A stretch of DNA of 64,000 nucleotides from a virus (lineage: Duplodnaviria; Caudoviricetes), in the IMG/VR virus record IMGVR_UViG_3300029319_000001. One strand, written 5' to 3'. The notes below the pieces were generated by a model. It saw nothing but the letters and a program-made list of their open reading frames with translations, ran no database searches and was not told the DNA's origin. Positions 18,535-28,284 of the stretch are shown one piece after another. The stretch's first letter is position 1; each line of letters opens with the position of its first letter. The position numbers and the translations under genes were made by a program.

Positions 18535-19980
18535 ATGTACAACGCAGAACAACTAATGGAGAAGTGGGGTCCACTTCTCGACGCTGAAGGGGTTGATCCT
18601 ATTAAGGATTCCCACAGACGCTCAACAACGGCGGTTCTCCTTGAAAACCAAGAGCGTTTTCTAAAAGAACAACAAGCATTTGAATCAGGAAACGGAATGC
18701 TTACTGAGGCAGCTCCTACAAACAGTGGTAACGCTGTAGGTGCTTCAGGTGCATTCGGTGCAGATTCAGCATCCACAGGTCCTACTGCAGGTTTCGACCC
18801 AGTATTAATTTCATTGATTAGAAGATCAATGCCTAACCTCGTTGCATACGAGTTAGCAGGTGTTCAACCAATGAATGGTCCTACTGGATTAATCTTCGCA
18901 ATGAGATCCAGATACACCGATCAGGGTGGAACAGAATCATTCTTCAACGAACCAGATTCTGCATTCTCTGCAAACAAGGCAGGAACTAACATTGGTCAGG
19001 CAACTCAAGGTGATTACACCGATGCTACTGACGATGATGGTACTGTTGGTTTCGGTTCTACTGGAGTTCAGAGAGGAACAAACCCTGCGATACTTGAAGG
19101 AACAGCATCTGATGCAGTTCAAGCACAGTATTCACTCGGTCAAGGTATGGCAACTGGTGACTCTGAGGCACTAGGTGACGGTACTAACGGTGACTTCAAC
19201 GAGATGGCATTCTCCATCGAGAAAGTTACTGTTACTGCTAAGTCTAGAGCACTAAAGGCAGAGTACAGCATGGAACTTGCTCAAGACCTTCGTGCAATCC
19301 ACGGATTGAACGCTGAGGCTGAGTTAGCAAACATACTTTCTTCTGAAATTCTTGCAGAGATTAACAGAGAAGTTATAAGAACAATCTATAAGACTGCTGA
19401 AGCAGGATCACAAGTCAATGTTGCCAACGCTGGATTCTTTGATCTAGATGTTGACTCCAATGGTAGATGGTCAGTTGAGAAGTTCAAGGGTCTTCTGTTC
19501 AACATCGAAAGAGATGCTAACAGAATCGCACAAAGGACTCGTCGTGGAAAGGGTAACATCATCATGACAAGTGCTGATGTAGCATCTGCTCTAACCATGG
19601 CTGGTGTACTTGATTACACTCCTGCTCTTAACGCTAACCTACAGGTTGACGATACTGGTAATACATTTGCTGGTACTATCAACGGTAAGTACAGAGTGTA
19701 TATCGATCCATTCTCAGCAAACAGTGCTCAGAACCAGTACTATGTTGTTGGTTATAAGGGAACATCTCCTTATGACGCTGGATTATTCTACTGCCCATAT
19801 GTACCTCTACAAATGGTCAGAGCCGTGAACGACGGAACCTTCCAACCTAAAATTGGATTTAAGACAAGATACGGTCTTGTTTCAAACCCATTCGCTGAAG
19901 GAACTGCTCAAGGTCTTGGTAGAATCACATCTAACAGCAACCGTTACTATCAGAGAACAGTTGTTAAGAACCTTATGTAA
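18535..19980 (+). CDS. gp23: Major capsid protein gp23
   Basis: FDPVLISLIRRSMPNL...GVQPMNGPTGLIFAMR...KSRALKAEYSMELAQDL...YCPYVPLQ. Confidence 0.99.
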   Translation: MYNAEQLMEKWGPLLDAEGVDPIKDSHRRSTTAVLLENQERFLKEQQAFESGNGMLTEAAPTNSGNAVGASGAFGADSASTGPTAGFDPVLISLIRRSMPNLVAYELAGVQPMNGPTGLIFAMRSRYTDQGGTESFFNEPDSAFSANKAGTNIGQATQGDYTDATDDDGTVGFGSTGVQRGTNPAILEGTASDAVQAQYSLGQGMATGDSEALGDGTNGDFNEMAFSIEKVTVTAKSRALKAEYSMELAQDLRAIHGLNAEAELANILSSEILAEINREVIRTIYKTAEAGSQVNVANAGFFDLDVDSNGRWSVEKFKGLLFNIERDANRIAQRTRRGKGNIIMTSADVASALTMAGVLDYTPALNANLQVDDTGNTFAGTINGKYRVYIDPFSANSAQNQYYVVGYKGTSPYDAGLFYCPYVPLQMVRAVNDGTFQPKIGFKTRYGLVSNPFAEGTAQGLGRITSNSNRYYQRTVVKNLM

Positions 19981-20002
19981 GCGAGACGCTTATATATTTC
20001 TC

Positions 20003-20031
20003 AAGAGACTCCTTAGGGGGTCTCTTTTTTT
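20003..20031 (+). terminator. Rho-independent terminator after gp23
   Basis: AAGAGACTCC-TTAG-GGGGTCTCTT hairpin followed by T run. Confidence 0.9.
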
Positions 20032-20066
20032 ATCTAAATATACTATATGGAGACCTGTCTAAAATA

Positions 20067-20624
20067 ATGACGCAAGCAACTAATCCTTTATCTCAGTCAT
20101 TTTTTGCTAAACAAGTTACAAATAAAAATTATTTGTCTCCTGTTGGTTTTAAATTTAATATAGTTAAAACGCCTAAGGTTGATTTCTTTTCCAATAGTGC
20201 AAAGATACCTGGTATAAATTTACCTACACCCCAACTTGGTAACTATCTAAAAAAGATTGATTTACCTGGTGACAACATAGAATTTGAAGATTTAACTTTA
20301 GATTTTATTGTAGATGAAAACTTAGAAAATTATTTGGAAATCCATAACTGGATATATGGTTTAGGTTATCCAGAAAGTATATCTGAGTTCCAAGAGTTGA
20401 TTACACAATCAGATGGTCAAAAAGATGTTAAGGAACAGTTTAGTGATGGTACATTGTCAATTTTGAATAGTAATTTTAATGTAAGCACCCGTGTAAAATT
20501 TAGAGATTTATTCCCAATATCATTATCATCACTAGAATTTACTGCCACCGAAAACGATTATACATACTTTACAGCTACTGCAACATTTAAGTATCTGTTC
20601 TATACGATTGAAGTTGACACTTAA
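20067..20624 (+). CDS. gp3: Tail completion protein gp3
   Basis: NYLSPVGFKF...PGDNIEFEDLTLDFIVDENLENYLEIHNW...FPISLSSLEF. Confidence 0.9.
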   Translation: MTQATNPLSQSFFAKQVTNKNYLSPVGFKFNIVKTPKVDFFSNSAKIPGINLPTPQLGNYLKKIDLPGDNIEFEDLTLDFIVDENLENYLEIHNWIYGLGYPESISEFQELITQSDGQKDVKEQFSDGTLSILNSNFNVSTRVKFRDLFPISLSSLEFTATENDYTYFTATATFKYLFYTIEVDT

Positions 20625-20627
20625 TTT

Positions 20628-21053
20628 ATGAATCTTGAAACTATACAAAGTATGTGGTCTAAAGACGCACAGATTGATCAAGACAATTTACATGACGAAG
20701 CAGCAAAGATACCATCTCTTCATGCAAAGTATTTTGACCTGTACAATAATATAAAGTTACTTAGAGAGAGATCTATAACAGTAGATAATAAGATTCGTTT
20801 GGAAAGATGGAACTATTACTCAGGAAAATCCGACCCTGAAGTGTATCAGGCCGAACCTTTTCCTTTTAAAGTTAGAGAGAAAGATGCGTTAAAAAGATAT
20901 ATGGATGCTGATGAGAAGGTACAGCAGTCAACTTTAAAAATTAAATACTACGATGTAATGCTTACCTATCTTGAGGATATAATTAAACAGGTAGGGAACA
21001 GAAGTTATCAGTTAAAAAATATTATTGATTGGCACAACTTTAGGTCTGGATAG
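20628..21053 (+). CDS. uvsY: Recombination mediator UvsY
   Basis: KIPSLHAKYF...ERWNYYSGK...RSYQLKNIIDW; upstream of UvsW. Confidence 0.88.
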   Translation: MNLETIQSMWSKDAQIDQDNLHDEAAKIPSLHAKYFDLYNNIKLLRERSITVDNKIRLERWNYYSGKSDPEVYQAEPFPFKVREKDALKRYMDADEKVQQSTLKIKYYDVMLTYLEDIIKQVGNRSYQLKNIIDWHNFRSG

Positions 21054-21055
21054 TC

Positions 21056-22522
21056 ATGAGTAAGGTTGTTATTTCTAAAAAGAATGAAGTCTTTCTAAAG
21101 ATTCAGTCTGAACCACATGTGTATCAAGAACTGTCGGATCATTTTTCTTTCGACATAGAAGGAGCACAATACATGAAGCAGTATCGGAAACGATATTGGG
21201 ATGGAAAGATTCGTTTGTTTTCAACTCATACTAGAGAGTTATATGTTGGATTGTTAGATAAGTTAGTTTCGTTTTGTCAGAGACATGGATATGAATATGA
21301 ATTTATAGACAGTAAATTTTTTGGTACTCCTTATGAAGAGAATGAACTAATATCAAAAGAAGGTGTTAAAGAATATATTAATCGTATCTCAAATCATCGC
21401 CCAAGGAAATACCAAGTTGAGGGAGTATACGATGCTCTAAGACACAATAGAAGGTTAGTGATATCGCCCACTGCCTCTGGCAAGTCTTTGATGATTTACT
21501 CAGTAGTTCGTTACTTTGCAGAACGAAAGAAAAATATTCTGATAGTTGTTCCAACGACATCTCTGGTAGAGCAGATGCATAAAGACTTCTCGGAATATGG
21601 GTGGGATGCTGATTCATATTGTCAAAGAATTTATGCTGGAAGAGATAAAGAACCAAGTGCTCCAGTTGTTATTACTACCTGGCAATCTATCTATAAGTTA
21701 GAAAGAAAGTACTTTGAAAGATTTGAAGTTGTAATAGGAGATGAGGCACATCTATTCAAAGCAAAATCTTTGACACAAATCATGACAAAACTTCATTTAG
21801 CGAAATATAGATTTGGTTTTACTGGTACACTGAGTGGTACACAAACACATAAATGGGTTCTTGAAGGCTTGTTCGGTCCTTCTTACAAAGTAGTTCGTAC
21901 TGATGAGTTGATGGAAAAAGGTTATCTTGCAAAATTACAGGCAAAGATTCTTTTACTAAAACATGATGAGATAAAATTTTCTAACTATCAAGATGAAATA
22001 GATTACTTGATTAGTAATGACCGTAGGAATAATTTTATTAAAAATCTAGCATTAGACTTAAAAGGAAATACTTTAGTCCTTTTTGCTAGGGTGGAAAACC
22101 ACGGACAAATACTTTTTGATAAGATAAATAGTGACAAGGAAGAAACCCAAAAGGTTTTCTTTATTCACGGAGGGGTGGATGTTCAAGACAGAGAACAAGT
22201 TCGTGAAATTGCAGAGAAAGAAAAAGATGCTATCATCGTTGCCTCTTACGGCACCTTCTCAACTGGAATTAACATTAAGAACTTACATAATGTAATCTTT
22301 GCATCTCCATCTAAATCCAGAATAAGAAATTTACAAAGTATTGGTAGAGTGCTTCGTAAATCTAATAACAAATTTAGTGCAACCCTATATGATATAGCAG
22401 ATGATTGCACTTATCTATCAAGTAGAAACTACACTTTGAATCATCTCATCGAAAGAATTAAAATCTATAAAGAAGAAAATTTTAACTATGATATGATAAC
22501 TATTAACTTCAGGAGTAAATAA
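21056..22522 (+). CDS. uvsW: SF2 helicase UvsW
   Basis: SPTASGKS, GDEAH, GFTGT, YGTFSTGINI, LQSIGRVLR. Confidence 0.97.
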   Translation: MSKVVISKKNEVFLKIQSEPHVYQELSDHFSFDIEGAQYMKQYRKRYWDGKIRLFSTHTRELYVGLLDKLVSFCQRHGYEYEFIDSKFFGTPYEENELISKEGVKEYINRISNHRPRKYQVEGVYDALRHNRRLVISPTASGKSLMIYSVVRYFAERKKNILIVVPTTSLVEQMHKDFSEYGWDADSYCQRIYAGRDKEPSAPVVITTWQSIYKLERKYFERFEVVIGDEAHLFKAKSLTQIMTKLHLAKYRFGFTGTLSGTQTHKWVLEGLFGPSYKVVRTDELMEKGYLAKLQAKILLLKHDEIKFSNYQDEIDYLISNDRRNNFIKNLALDLKGNTLVLFARVENHGQILFDKINSDKEETQKVFFIHGGVDVQDREQVREIAEKEKDAIIVASYGTFSTGINIKNLHNVIFASPSKSRIRNLQSIGRVLRKSNNKFSATLYDIADDCTYLSSRNYTLNHLIERIKIYKEENFNYDMITINFRSK

Positions 22523-22971
22523 TGGAAGACGAATTCTATAGTACAATTAAATTAGTTACTGGCGAGGAGATATTTGCCATAGTGACTATAGACCCTGAAG
22601 CACCAGAAACTCTGATACTACAAGATCCTGTTGTCATACAAGTTATCCACGGAGCGAGAGGCTCGTATGTAAGAGTGGAACCTTGGTTACATATTCCTAA
22701 CGATGATTTCTTCTTTGTCAATTACAACAAAGTTGTTACAATGACAGAGATTGATGAAGACCATGACATGATAGAGTATTACTGCAATTACCTAGCAGAA
22801 AAATTAGAACAGAAGTACGGTCCTGTATTTAAAAATAAAGGCAAAAAAACTCGCCCCTCGGAAAAAATGGGATACAAAGGAACCGTTAAAGATGCCAAGA
22901 AAAAATTAGAAAATATATTTGCTCTAGATTCTCAGGAAAATAAGTCCGTAGGAATAGCAACAGATACTTAG
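22522..22971 (+). CDS. Conserved T4-like hypothetical protein (Sm-like fold possible)
   Basis: FYSTIKLVTGEEIFA...; usual position between uvsW and gp55. Confidence 0.8.
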   Translation: MEDEFYSTIKLVTGEEIFAIVTIDPEAPETLILQDPVVIQVIHGARGSYVRVEPWLHIPNDDFFFVNYNKVVTMTEIDEDHDMIEYYCNYLAEKLEQKYGPVFKNKGKKTRPSEKMGYKGTVKDAKKKLENIFALDSQENKSVGIATDT

Positions 22972-23000
22972 CTACAATCCTTCTGAACTTCTACAAAGTT

Positions 23001-23029
23001 ATTCTAATGGGGATTTGAACTTTTGTCAA
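23001..23029 (-). promoter_or_regulatory. Antisense sigma70-type promoter TTGACA-N17-TAGAAT
   Basis: + strand tgtcaa at 23024-23029 and attcta at 23001-23006 with exactly 17 nt between. Confidence 0.6.
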
Positions 23030-23042
23030 GCTGTGCTATAAT
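23015..23042 (+). promoter_or_regulatory. Sigma70-type promoter for gp55
   Basis: TTGAAC-N16-TATAAT with TG extended -10 (tgc tataat). Confidence 0.6.
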
Positions 23043-23063
23043 ACCCTTATACAGATAAGAACT

Positions 23064-23540
23064 ATGCCACGCAAAAGATCGGATCACTATGTCAATAATA
23101 AAGAGCTATTAGAGGCAATGGTAGTCTACAGAAATAAGTGTGCCATTGCAAAAGAGAAGGGTCTGGAACCACCATTAATCAGTAATTATTTGGGTGATTG
23201 TTTTTTAAAAATTGCAACTCATTTGTCGTATAAACCGAACTTTGTAAATTACATGTTCCGAGAGGACATGATCGGCGATGGTATAGAGAATTGCGTTCAA
23301 TACATCCATAATTTCAATCCTGAGAAGTCTACTAATCCTTTTGCATACTTTACACAGATAATCTATTATGCCTTTCTGAGACGCATACAGAAGGAGAAGA
23401 AGCAACTTGAGATAAAAACTAAGATAATAGAGAAGACAGGATTCGATCAGGTCATGGTTGTAGAAGAAGGTGCAAGTGGAAGTGCTTCAGACTATAATAC
23501 AATTAAAGATAACATCCAGTATAGAAATTCTAATAGATGA
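23064..23540 (+). CDS. gp55: Late sigma factor gp55
   Basis: HYVNNKELL...PNFVNYMFREDMIGDGIENC...NPFAYFTQIIYYAFLRRIQKEKKQ. Confidence 0.97.
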   Translation: MPRKRSDHYVNNKELLEAMVVYRNKCAIAKEKGLEPPLISNYLGDCFLKIATHLSYKPNFVNYMFREDMIGDGIENCVQYIHNFNPEKSTNPFAYFTQIIYYAFLRRIQKEKKQLEIKTKIIEKTGFDQVMVVEEGASGSASDYNTIKDNIQYRNSNR

Positions 23541-24466
23541 GAGACTTAATTTTGTTTGGGGATTGTTTAGACACCCTTAAAGAATTTGATGAGAAACCTA
23601 GGATGTGTGTTACATCTCCTCCTTACTATGGTCTAAGAGACTATGGTGGCGAGGGCGATCAAATAGGATTGGAATCAACTCCAGAAGAGTATATTCAAAA
23701 ACTAGTAGAGATATTTCGAGAGGTAAGAAATATTCTAACAGATGATGGTACACTGTGGTTGAACATAGGAGACTCATACTATAACTATAGACCTGGTACT
23801 GGAGGATTACCTAAGCAAACTGTTAGTAAAACCAATCAAGATCTACCAGAAAATTGTAATAGAAGAGCAAATAAATTAGAAGGACTAAAAGAAAAGGATT
23901 TGATTGGTATTCCTTGGATGCTTGCATTTGCATTAAGAGCAGATGGATGGTATCTTAGACAGGATATCATTTGGCATAAACCAAACCCAATGCCAGAAAG
24001 TATGAAGGATAGATGTACAAAATCACATGAATACATTTTCCTTTTAAGCAAAAACAAAAAGTATTTTTACGACAATGAAGCAATTAAAGAACCAGCAAAA
24101 GACTGGGGAACAAGGGATCGCAGTAAAGGTAAGTACCACAATCCTGGCACTGGCTTGGCTCCTCATAGTGGGTTATCCAAGTCTTACCCTACAAAAAATA
24201 AACGGTCTGTTTGGTCAATAACTAACAAACCATATAAAGGAGCACACTTTGCTGTATTCCCACCTGACTTAATTGAACCATGCATTCTTGCAGGAAGTGA
24301 GAAAGGTGACATTGTTCTTGATCCATTCATGGGATCTGGAACCACTGCTATGGTTGCTAAGAAACTAGGCAGAGACTACATAGGTTGCGAATTGCATGAG
24401 GGTTATGGTAGTCTAATACAAGACAGAGTAAATTCTAGACAAGGTACATTGGAGAGTTTTTTATGA
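23537..24466 (+). CDS. Beta-class amino DNA methyltransferase (SPPY, probably m4C)
   Basis: N-terminal TSPPY catalytic motif, C-terminal LDPFMGSGTT SAM motif, HFAVFP. Confidence 0.9.
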   Translation: MRDLILFGDCLDTLKEFDEKPRMCVTSPPYYGLRDYGGEGDQIGLESTPEEYIQKLVEIFREVRNILTDDGTLWLNIGDSYYNYRPGTGGLPKQTVSKTNQDLPENCNRRANKLEGLKEKDLIGIPWMLAFALRADGWYLRQDIIWHKPNPMPESMKDRCTKSHEYIFLLSKNKKYFYDNEAIKEPAKDWGTRDRSKGKYHNPGTGLAPHSGLSKSYPTKNKRSVWSITNKPYKGAHFAVFPPDLIEPCILAGSEKGDIVLDPFMGSGTTAMVAKKLGRDYIGCELHEGYGSLIQDRVNSRQGTLESFL

Positions 24467-25515
24467 AGATAGCAATTATAACAGATCAGCATTTCGGTGC
24501 TAGAAAAGGTAGCGTAGAGTTCCACCAGTATTTTCAAAAATTTTATGAAGACATTTTTTTCCCTGCGATTGCTAGAGAAGGCATCACAACTCTTATCGAT
24601 ATGGGAGACACTTTCGACAATAGGAGGAACATTGATCTCTGGTCTCTCAAATGGGCTAAAGAAAATTACTTCGATAGGTTACAAGATATGGGAATTGCTG
24701 TATACTCTATTGTTGGGAATCACACTGCGTACTACAAAAATAATAACACAGTTAACACTATTGACTTATTATTACGAGAATATAATAATATTATTCCTAT
24801 CAGAGACTTTGCTGAGTATACAATTGGAGGCACCAAATTTGCCTTCCTCGCTTGGATGAATAAAGAAAATGAAAAATCAATGCTAAGAAAAATCAAAGCA
24901 TCTAAAGCAAAAGTTGCCTGTGGTCATCTAGAGTTAAATGGTTTCTCTCCATACAAAGGATTTGAACAAACAAGAGGACAAGATATAGAACACTTACAAA
25001 AATTTGATAGAGTCTTTAGTGGACATTATCATACTCGTAGTAATGATGGTCAGGTATTTTATCTTGGTAATCCATATGAAATGTATTGGAATGATGTAGA
25101 AGATGATAGAGGATTCCATTTCTTTGATACTGAAACTTATGAACTAGAATCAGTTAATAATCCTTATCGTATGTTCTATAATGTTTATTATGATGATACA
25201 CCTTATCAAACATTTGATAGTAGAGAACTAGAAGGGAAGATAGTCAAAGTAATTGTTCAGAAAAAAAGTGATGTCAAATCATTTGAAAGGTTTATCGATA
25301 AGATTCAATCTTCTAATGTTGAAGAATTAAAAATCGTCGAAAATTTTGATTACAATAATGGATGGTTACATGGCGATGATGATATTGATGTGAGTGAGGA
25401 AAATACCTTGTCAATATTAAATACATATATTGATGAGTCTGAAGATAATCTAGACAAATCTAGAGCAAAAGACATGTTCAAAAACTTATACACTAAAGCT
25501 TCAGAAGTCGAGTAA
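24463..25515 (+). CDS. gp47: Recombination nuclease subunit gp47 (Mre11-like)
   Basis: ITDQHFG, MGDTFD, VGNHT, SGHYHT, YLGNPYE. Confidence 0.96.
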   Translation: MKIAIITDQHFGARKGSVEFHQYFQKFYEDIFFPAIAREGITTLIDMGDTFDNRRNIDLWSLKWAKENYFDRLQDMGIAVYSIVGNHTAYYKNNNTVNTIDLLLREYNNIIPIRDFAEYTIGGTKFAFLAWMNKENEKSMLRKIKASKAKVACGHLELNGFSPYKGFEQTRGQDIEHLQKFDRVFSGHYHTRSNDGQVFYLGNPYEMYWNDVEDDRGFHFFDTETYELESVNNPYRMFYNVYYDDTPYQTFDSRELEGKIVKVIVQKKSDVKSFERFIDKIQSSNVEELKIVENFDYNNGWLHGDDDIDVSEENTLSILNTYIDESEDNLDKSRAKDMFKNLYTKASEVE

Positions 25516-25784
25516 TGTATTTACTAACCTCAGATAAACAAACAAAAGAAGGTGCTTATGCTGTAAAGGATAAGGCTGGAGAAAAAGTTTTGTTTATCTT
25601 TGAACAACAAGATGATGCAGAAAGATACTCATCTCAGTTGTTTTCTGATCATGGAGTCCAAATGCAGGTTATAGAAATTGATGAGGGTGTTGCAATTTCT
25701 GCCTGTGAGATGTATAATTATAAGTACACTGTAATTACACCTAACGATATCGTTGTACCTCCACCACTAGATGATAAAATTTGA
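25515..25784 (+). CDS. Conserved cyanophage hypothetical protein
   Basis: EGAYAV...LFIFEQQDDAERY; between gp47 and gp46. Confidence 0.75.
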   Translation: MYLLTSDKQTKEGAYAVKDKAGEKVLFIFEQQDDAERYSSQLFSDHGVQMQVIEIDEGVAISACEMYNYKYTVITPNDIVVPPPLDDKI

Positions 25785-27501
25785 GAAAGTTCGTTGGAAA
25801 AATTTCCTGAGTACAGGAGACCAATGGACTAATATACAACTTGACAAGACTGGAACCACTCTTGTTGTAGGAGCAAATGGTGCAGGAAAATCTACCATGC
25901 TAGATGCCCTGTGTTTTGTGCTGTTTAACAAACCATACAGAAGAATAACAAAACTTCAAATGGTTAATAGTTCTAACGAGAAAGGAACTCTAGTAGAAGT
26001 TGAATTTAAAATAGGAACTAAAAGTTATCTTGTTCGTCGTGGTATCAAACCAAATATATTTGATATAGAAATCAATGGTGAGATGCGAAACAAAGAAGCA
26101 GATGATAGGATTAACCAAAAAATATTAGAAGATCATATATTAAAATTAAATTATAAATCATTCACACAAATTGTAATATTAGGTAGTAGTAATTTTATTC
26201 CTTTCATGCAATTATCTCTTTCTCATCGTAGAGAGGTTATTGAAGATCTATTAGATATTAAAATTTTCTCTGCAATGTGGAACCTTGTTAAAGATAAGAT
26301 CAAAGACATTAGAGATGAGATTAAGATACTCAATACTAAGAAAGATACCATAAAAGAAAAGATATCTATGCAAGAGGATTTCTTAAAAGAGTTGCAAGAT
26401 AGGGGTGAAAAAAATATAGAGAAAAATGAAGGAAAAATTACAAAAATTAATCTAGAAGTTGACAAATTACTTAATGAAAATATAGAAATCGAAGACCAAA
26501 TTGTTACAAAAAACAAACAATTATCAGAGGTAAATGAATCTCCAAAACGGTTGAAGACACTAGAAAAATTAAAGGTTAAGTTAACTGAGAAAGTATCTGT
26601 TATTACAAAGGAACATAAGTTCTTTAACGATAATGTCACATGTCCTACATGCACCCAACCTATTGAAGAAAACTTTCGTCTAAATAAAATCGAAGACGCT
26701 CAAAATAAGGCAAAGGAACTCAGAGACGGCTATACGAAGCTTGAGGAGTCGATAAAAGAAGAAACAGAGAGAGAGCGTCTTTTTCTCACACTTTCCAAGG
26801 AGATTACGAATCTATCACATGGCATTTCTCAGAACAATGTTCGCATTACTGGATACCAGAGACAGACAGGAGATTTACAACAAGAAATTCAAACTCTTAC
26901 CAAACAACTTCAAGGTAGAAATTCTGAACATGAGAAACTAAAAAGATTCGAGGATGATCTTCAACAAGTATTTGATGAACTCGTAGAGAAAAAAGAAGAT
27001 ATAAAATACCAAGACTTTGCATTCTCTCTTCTTAGAGATGGTGGAGTGAAGTCTAAGATCATCAAGAAATATTTACCACTCATTAATCAGCAAGTCAATC
27101 GTTACTTGCAGATGATGGATTTCTATATCAATTTTAAATTGGATGAAGAGTTTACTGAAACTGTTCAGAGTCCAGTTCATGATAAATTTACATACTCATC
27201 TTTTTCAGAGGGTGAGAAAATGCGTATTGACCTAGCACTTCTTTTCGCTTGGAGAGAGGTTGCTAGGTTTAAAAATTCTGCAAATACAAATCTTCTTATA
27301 CTTGATGAGGTGTTTGATTCATCACTAGATAGTGTAGGTACAGAAGAATTCAATAAGATTATTAGATATGTTATTGCAGATTCAAATGTCTTTGTGATTT
27401 CTCATAAGATTGATATGTTAGATAAGTTCAATACTGTAATAGAATTTACTAAGAAAGGTGGGTTCTCTTATATGTCTAGTAAGTCTTTGGTTGAGGGTTA
27501 A
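25771..27501 (+). CDS. gp46: Recombination ATPase gp46 (Rad50-like)
   Basis: GANGAGKST, zinc hook CPTC, FSEGEKMRIDLAL, LILDEVFDS. Confidence 0.97.
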   Translation: MIKFEKVRWKNFLSTGDQWTNIQLDKTGTTLVVGANGAGKSTMLDALCFVLFNKPYRRITKLQMVNSSNEKGTLVEVEFKIGTKSYLVRRGIKPNIFDIEINGEMRNKEADDRINQKILEDHILKLNYKSFTQIVILGSSNFIPFMQLSLSHRREVIEDLLDIKIFSAMWNLVKDKIKDIRDEIKILNTKKDTIKEKISMQEDFLKELQDRGEKNIEKNEGKITKINLEVDKLLNENIEIEDQIVTKNKQLSEVNESPKRLKTLEKLKVKLTEKVSVITKEHKFFNDNVTCPTCTQPIEENFRLNKIEDAQNKAKELRDGYTKLEESIKEETERERLFLTLSKEITNLSHGISQNNVRITGYQRQTGDLQQEIQTLTKQLQGRNSEHEKLKRFEDDLQQVFDELVEKKEDIKYQDFAFSLLRDGGVKSKIIKKYLPLINQQVNRYLQMMDFYINFKLDEEFTETVQSPVHDKFTYSSFSEGEKMRIDLALLFAWREVARFKNSANTNLLILDEVFDSSLDSVGTEEFNKIIRYVIADSNVFVISHKIDMLDKFNTVIEFTKKGGFSYMSSKSLVEG

Positions 27502-27503
27502 TT

Positions 27504-27665
27504 ATGAAAGAGACTAAATGGACAGCACAAATAATGTTACAATCAAATAGATTAACAAGAGTAGAGTTCTTTTCACCATCCAATTTAAGAGAGGATGCAG
27601 AAGCAACTGTCAAGGCATTATATGGTGTAACTGATGTTCGTCAGTTAAGGAGATTGTGGTCATGA
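27504..27665 (+). CDS. Small hypothetical protein (53 aa, not in ORF track)
   Basis: MKETKWTAQIMLQSNRLTRVEFFSPSNLREDAEATVKALYGVTDVRQLRRLWS; GAGGG RBS; ATGA-coupled to next gene. Confidence 0.65.
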   Translation: MKETKWTAQIMLQSNRLTRVEFFSPSNLREDAEATVKALYGVTDVRQLRRLWS

Positions 27666-28201
27666 AAGAAGCATATATTGCTAAGAATGTTTTAGATTAT
27701 ACAGAGATCAAACAGGTCTATGATCATTTGATGAATAATCCATGTTGGCATATTGGTGGTGGTTATGCTAATGCAGATAATCCAATACTAGCATATCCTA
27801 GATTTGTTGCAAAAGATCCTAATGGAATACATTCAGAATTTATTGCTGCATATATGATTGCAACGATGGTTAATGTCAAACAAAAGATCAGAGATAAATA
27901 TGGTTTTGAACTACCTACACATGATATAGAGTCGGTAGTTTTCAATGCCCAAAGGAAAGGCAACATACCTTGTTTCCATACTGATGGTACTGGTAGCAAG
28001 AAATATAGTTGGAGTATCATTGGATTCATGACTCCACAATGGGATAAGTCTTGGGGTGGAGAATTACAAATCCAAGAAGAGACTTTTACTTTTGAACCTG
28101 GTGATTTTATAGCATTCAAATCTACTGAACTACATGATGCTATGCCTATACTAGTAGACACACCATTTTACAGATTGACCTGTGCATGCATGATACCGTA
28201 A
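27662..28201 (+). CDS. 2OG-Fe(II) oxygenase (prolyl-4-hydroxylase-like)
   Basis: FHTDG (HxD), WGGELQI, LHDAMP, RLT. Confidence 0.85.
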   Translation: MKEAYIAKNVLDYTEIKQVYDHLMNNPCWHIGGGYANADNPILAYPRFVAKDPNGIHSEFIAAYMIATMVNVKQKIRDKYGFELPTHDIESVVFNAQRKGNIPCFHTDGTGSKKYSWSIIGFMTPQWDKSWGGELQIQEETFTFEPGDFIAFKSTELHDAMPILVDTPFYRLTCACMIP

Positions 28202-28219
28202 TGTGACAGTATATTAAAG

Positions 28220-28283
28220 TGTCCACTTGAGGGTTTTTACCCTCTATTTTTTTGTTATACTAGTAGTATACAAGACGAGACAA
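28220..28283 (+). promoter_or_regulatory. Repeated hairpin/promoter cassette, copy 1
   Basis: TGTCCACTTG + GAGGG/CCCTC hairpin + TG-n-TATACT (28256) + ACGAGACAA before ATG. Confidence 0.65.
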
Positions 28284-28284
28284 A

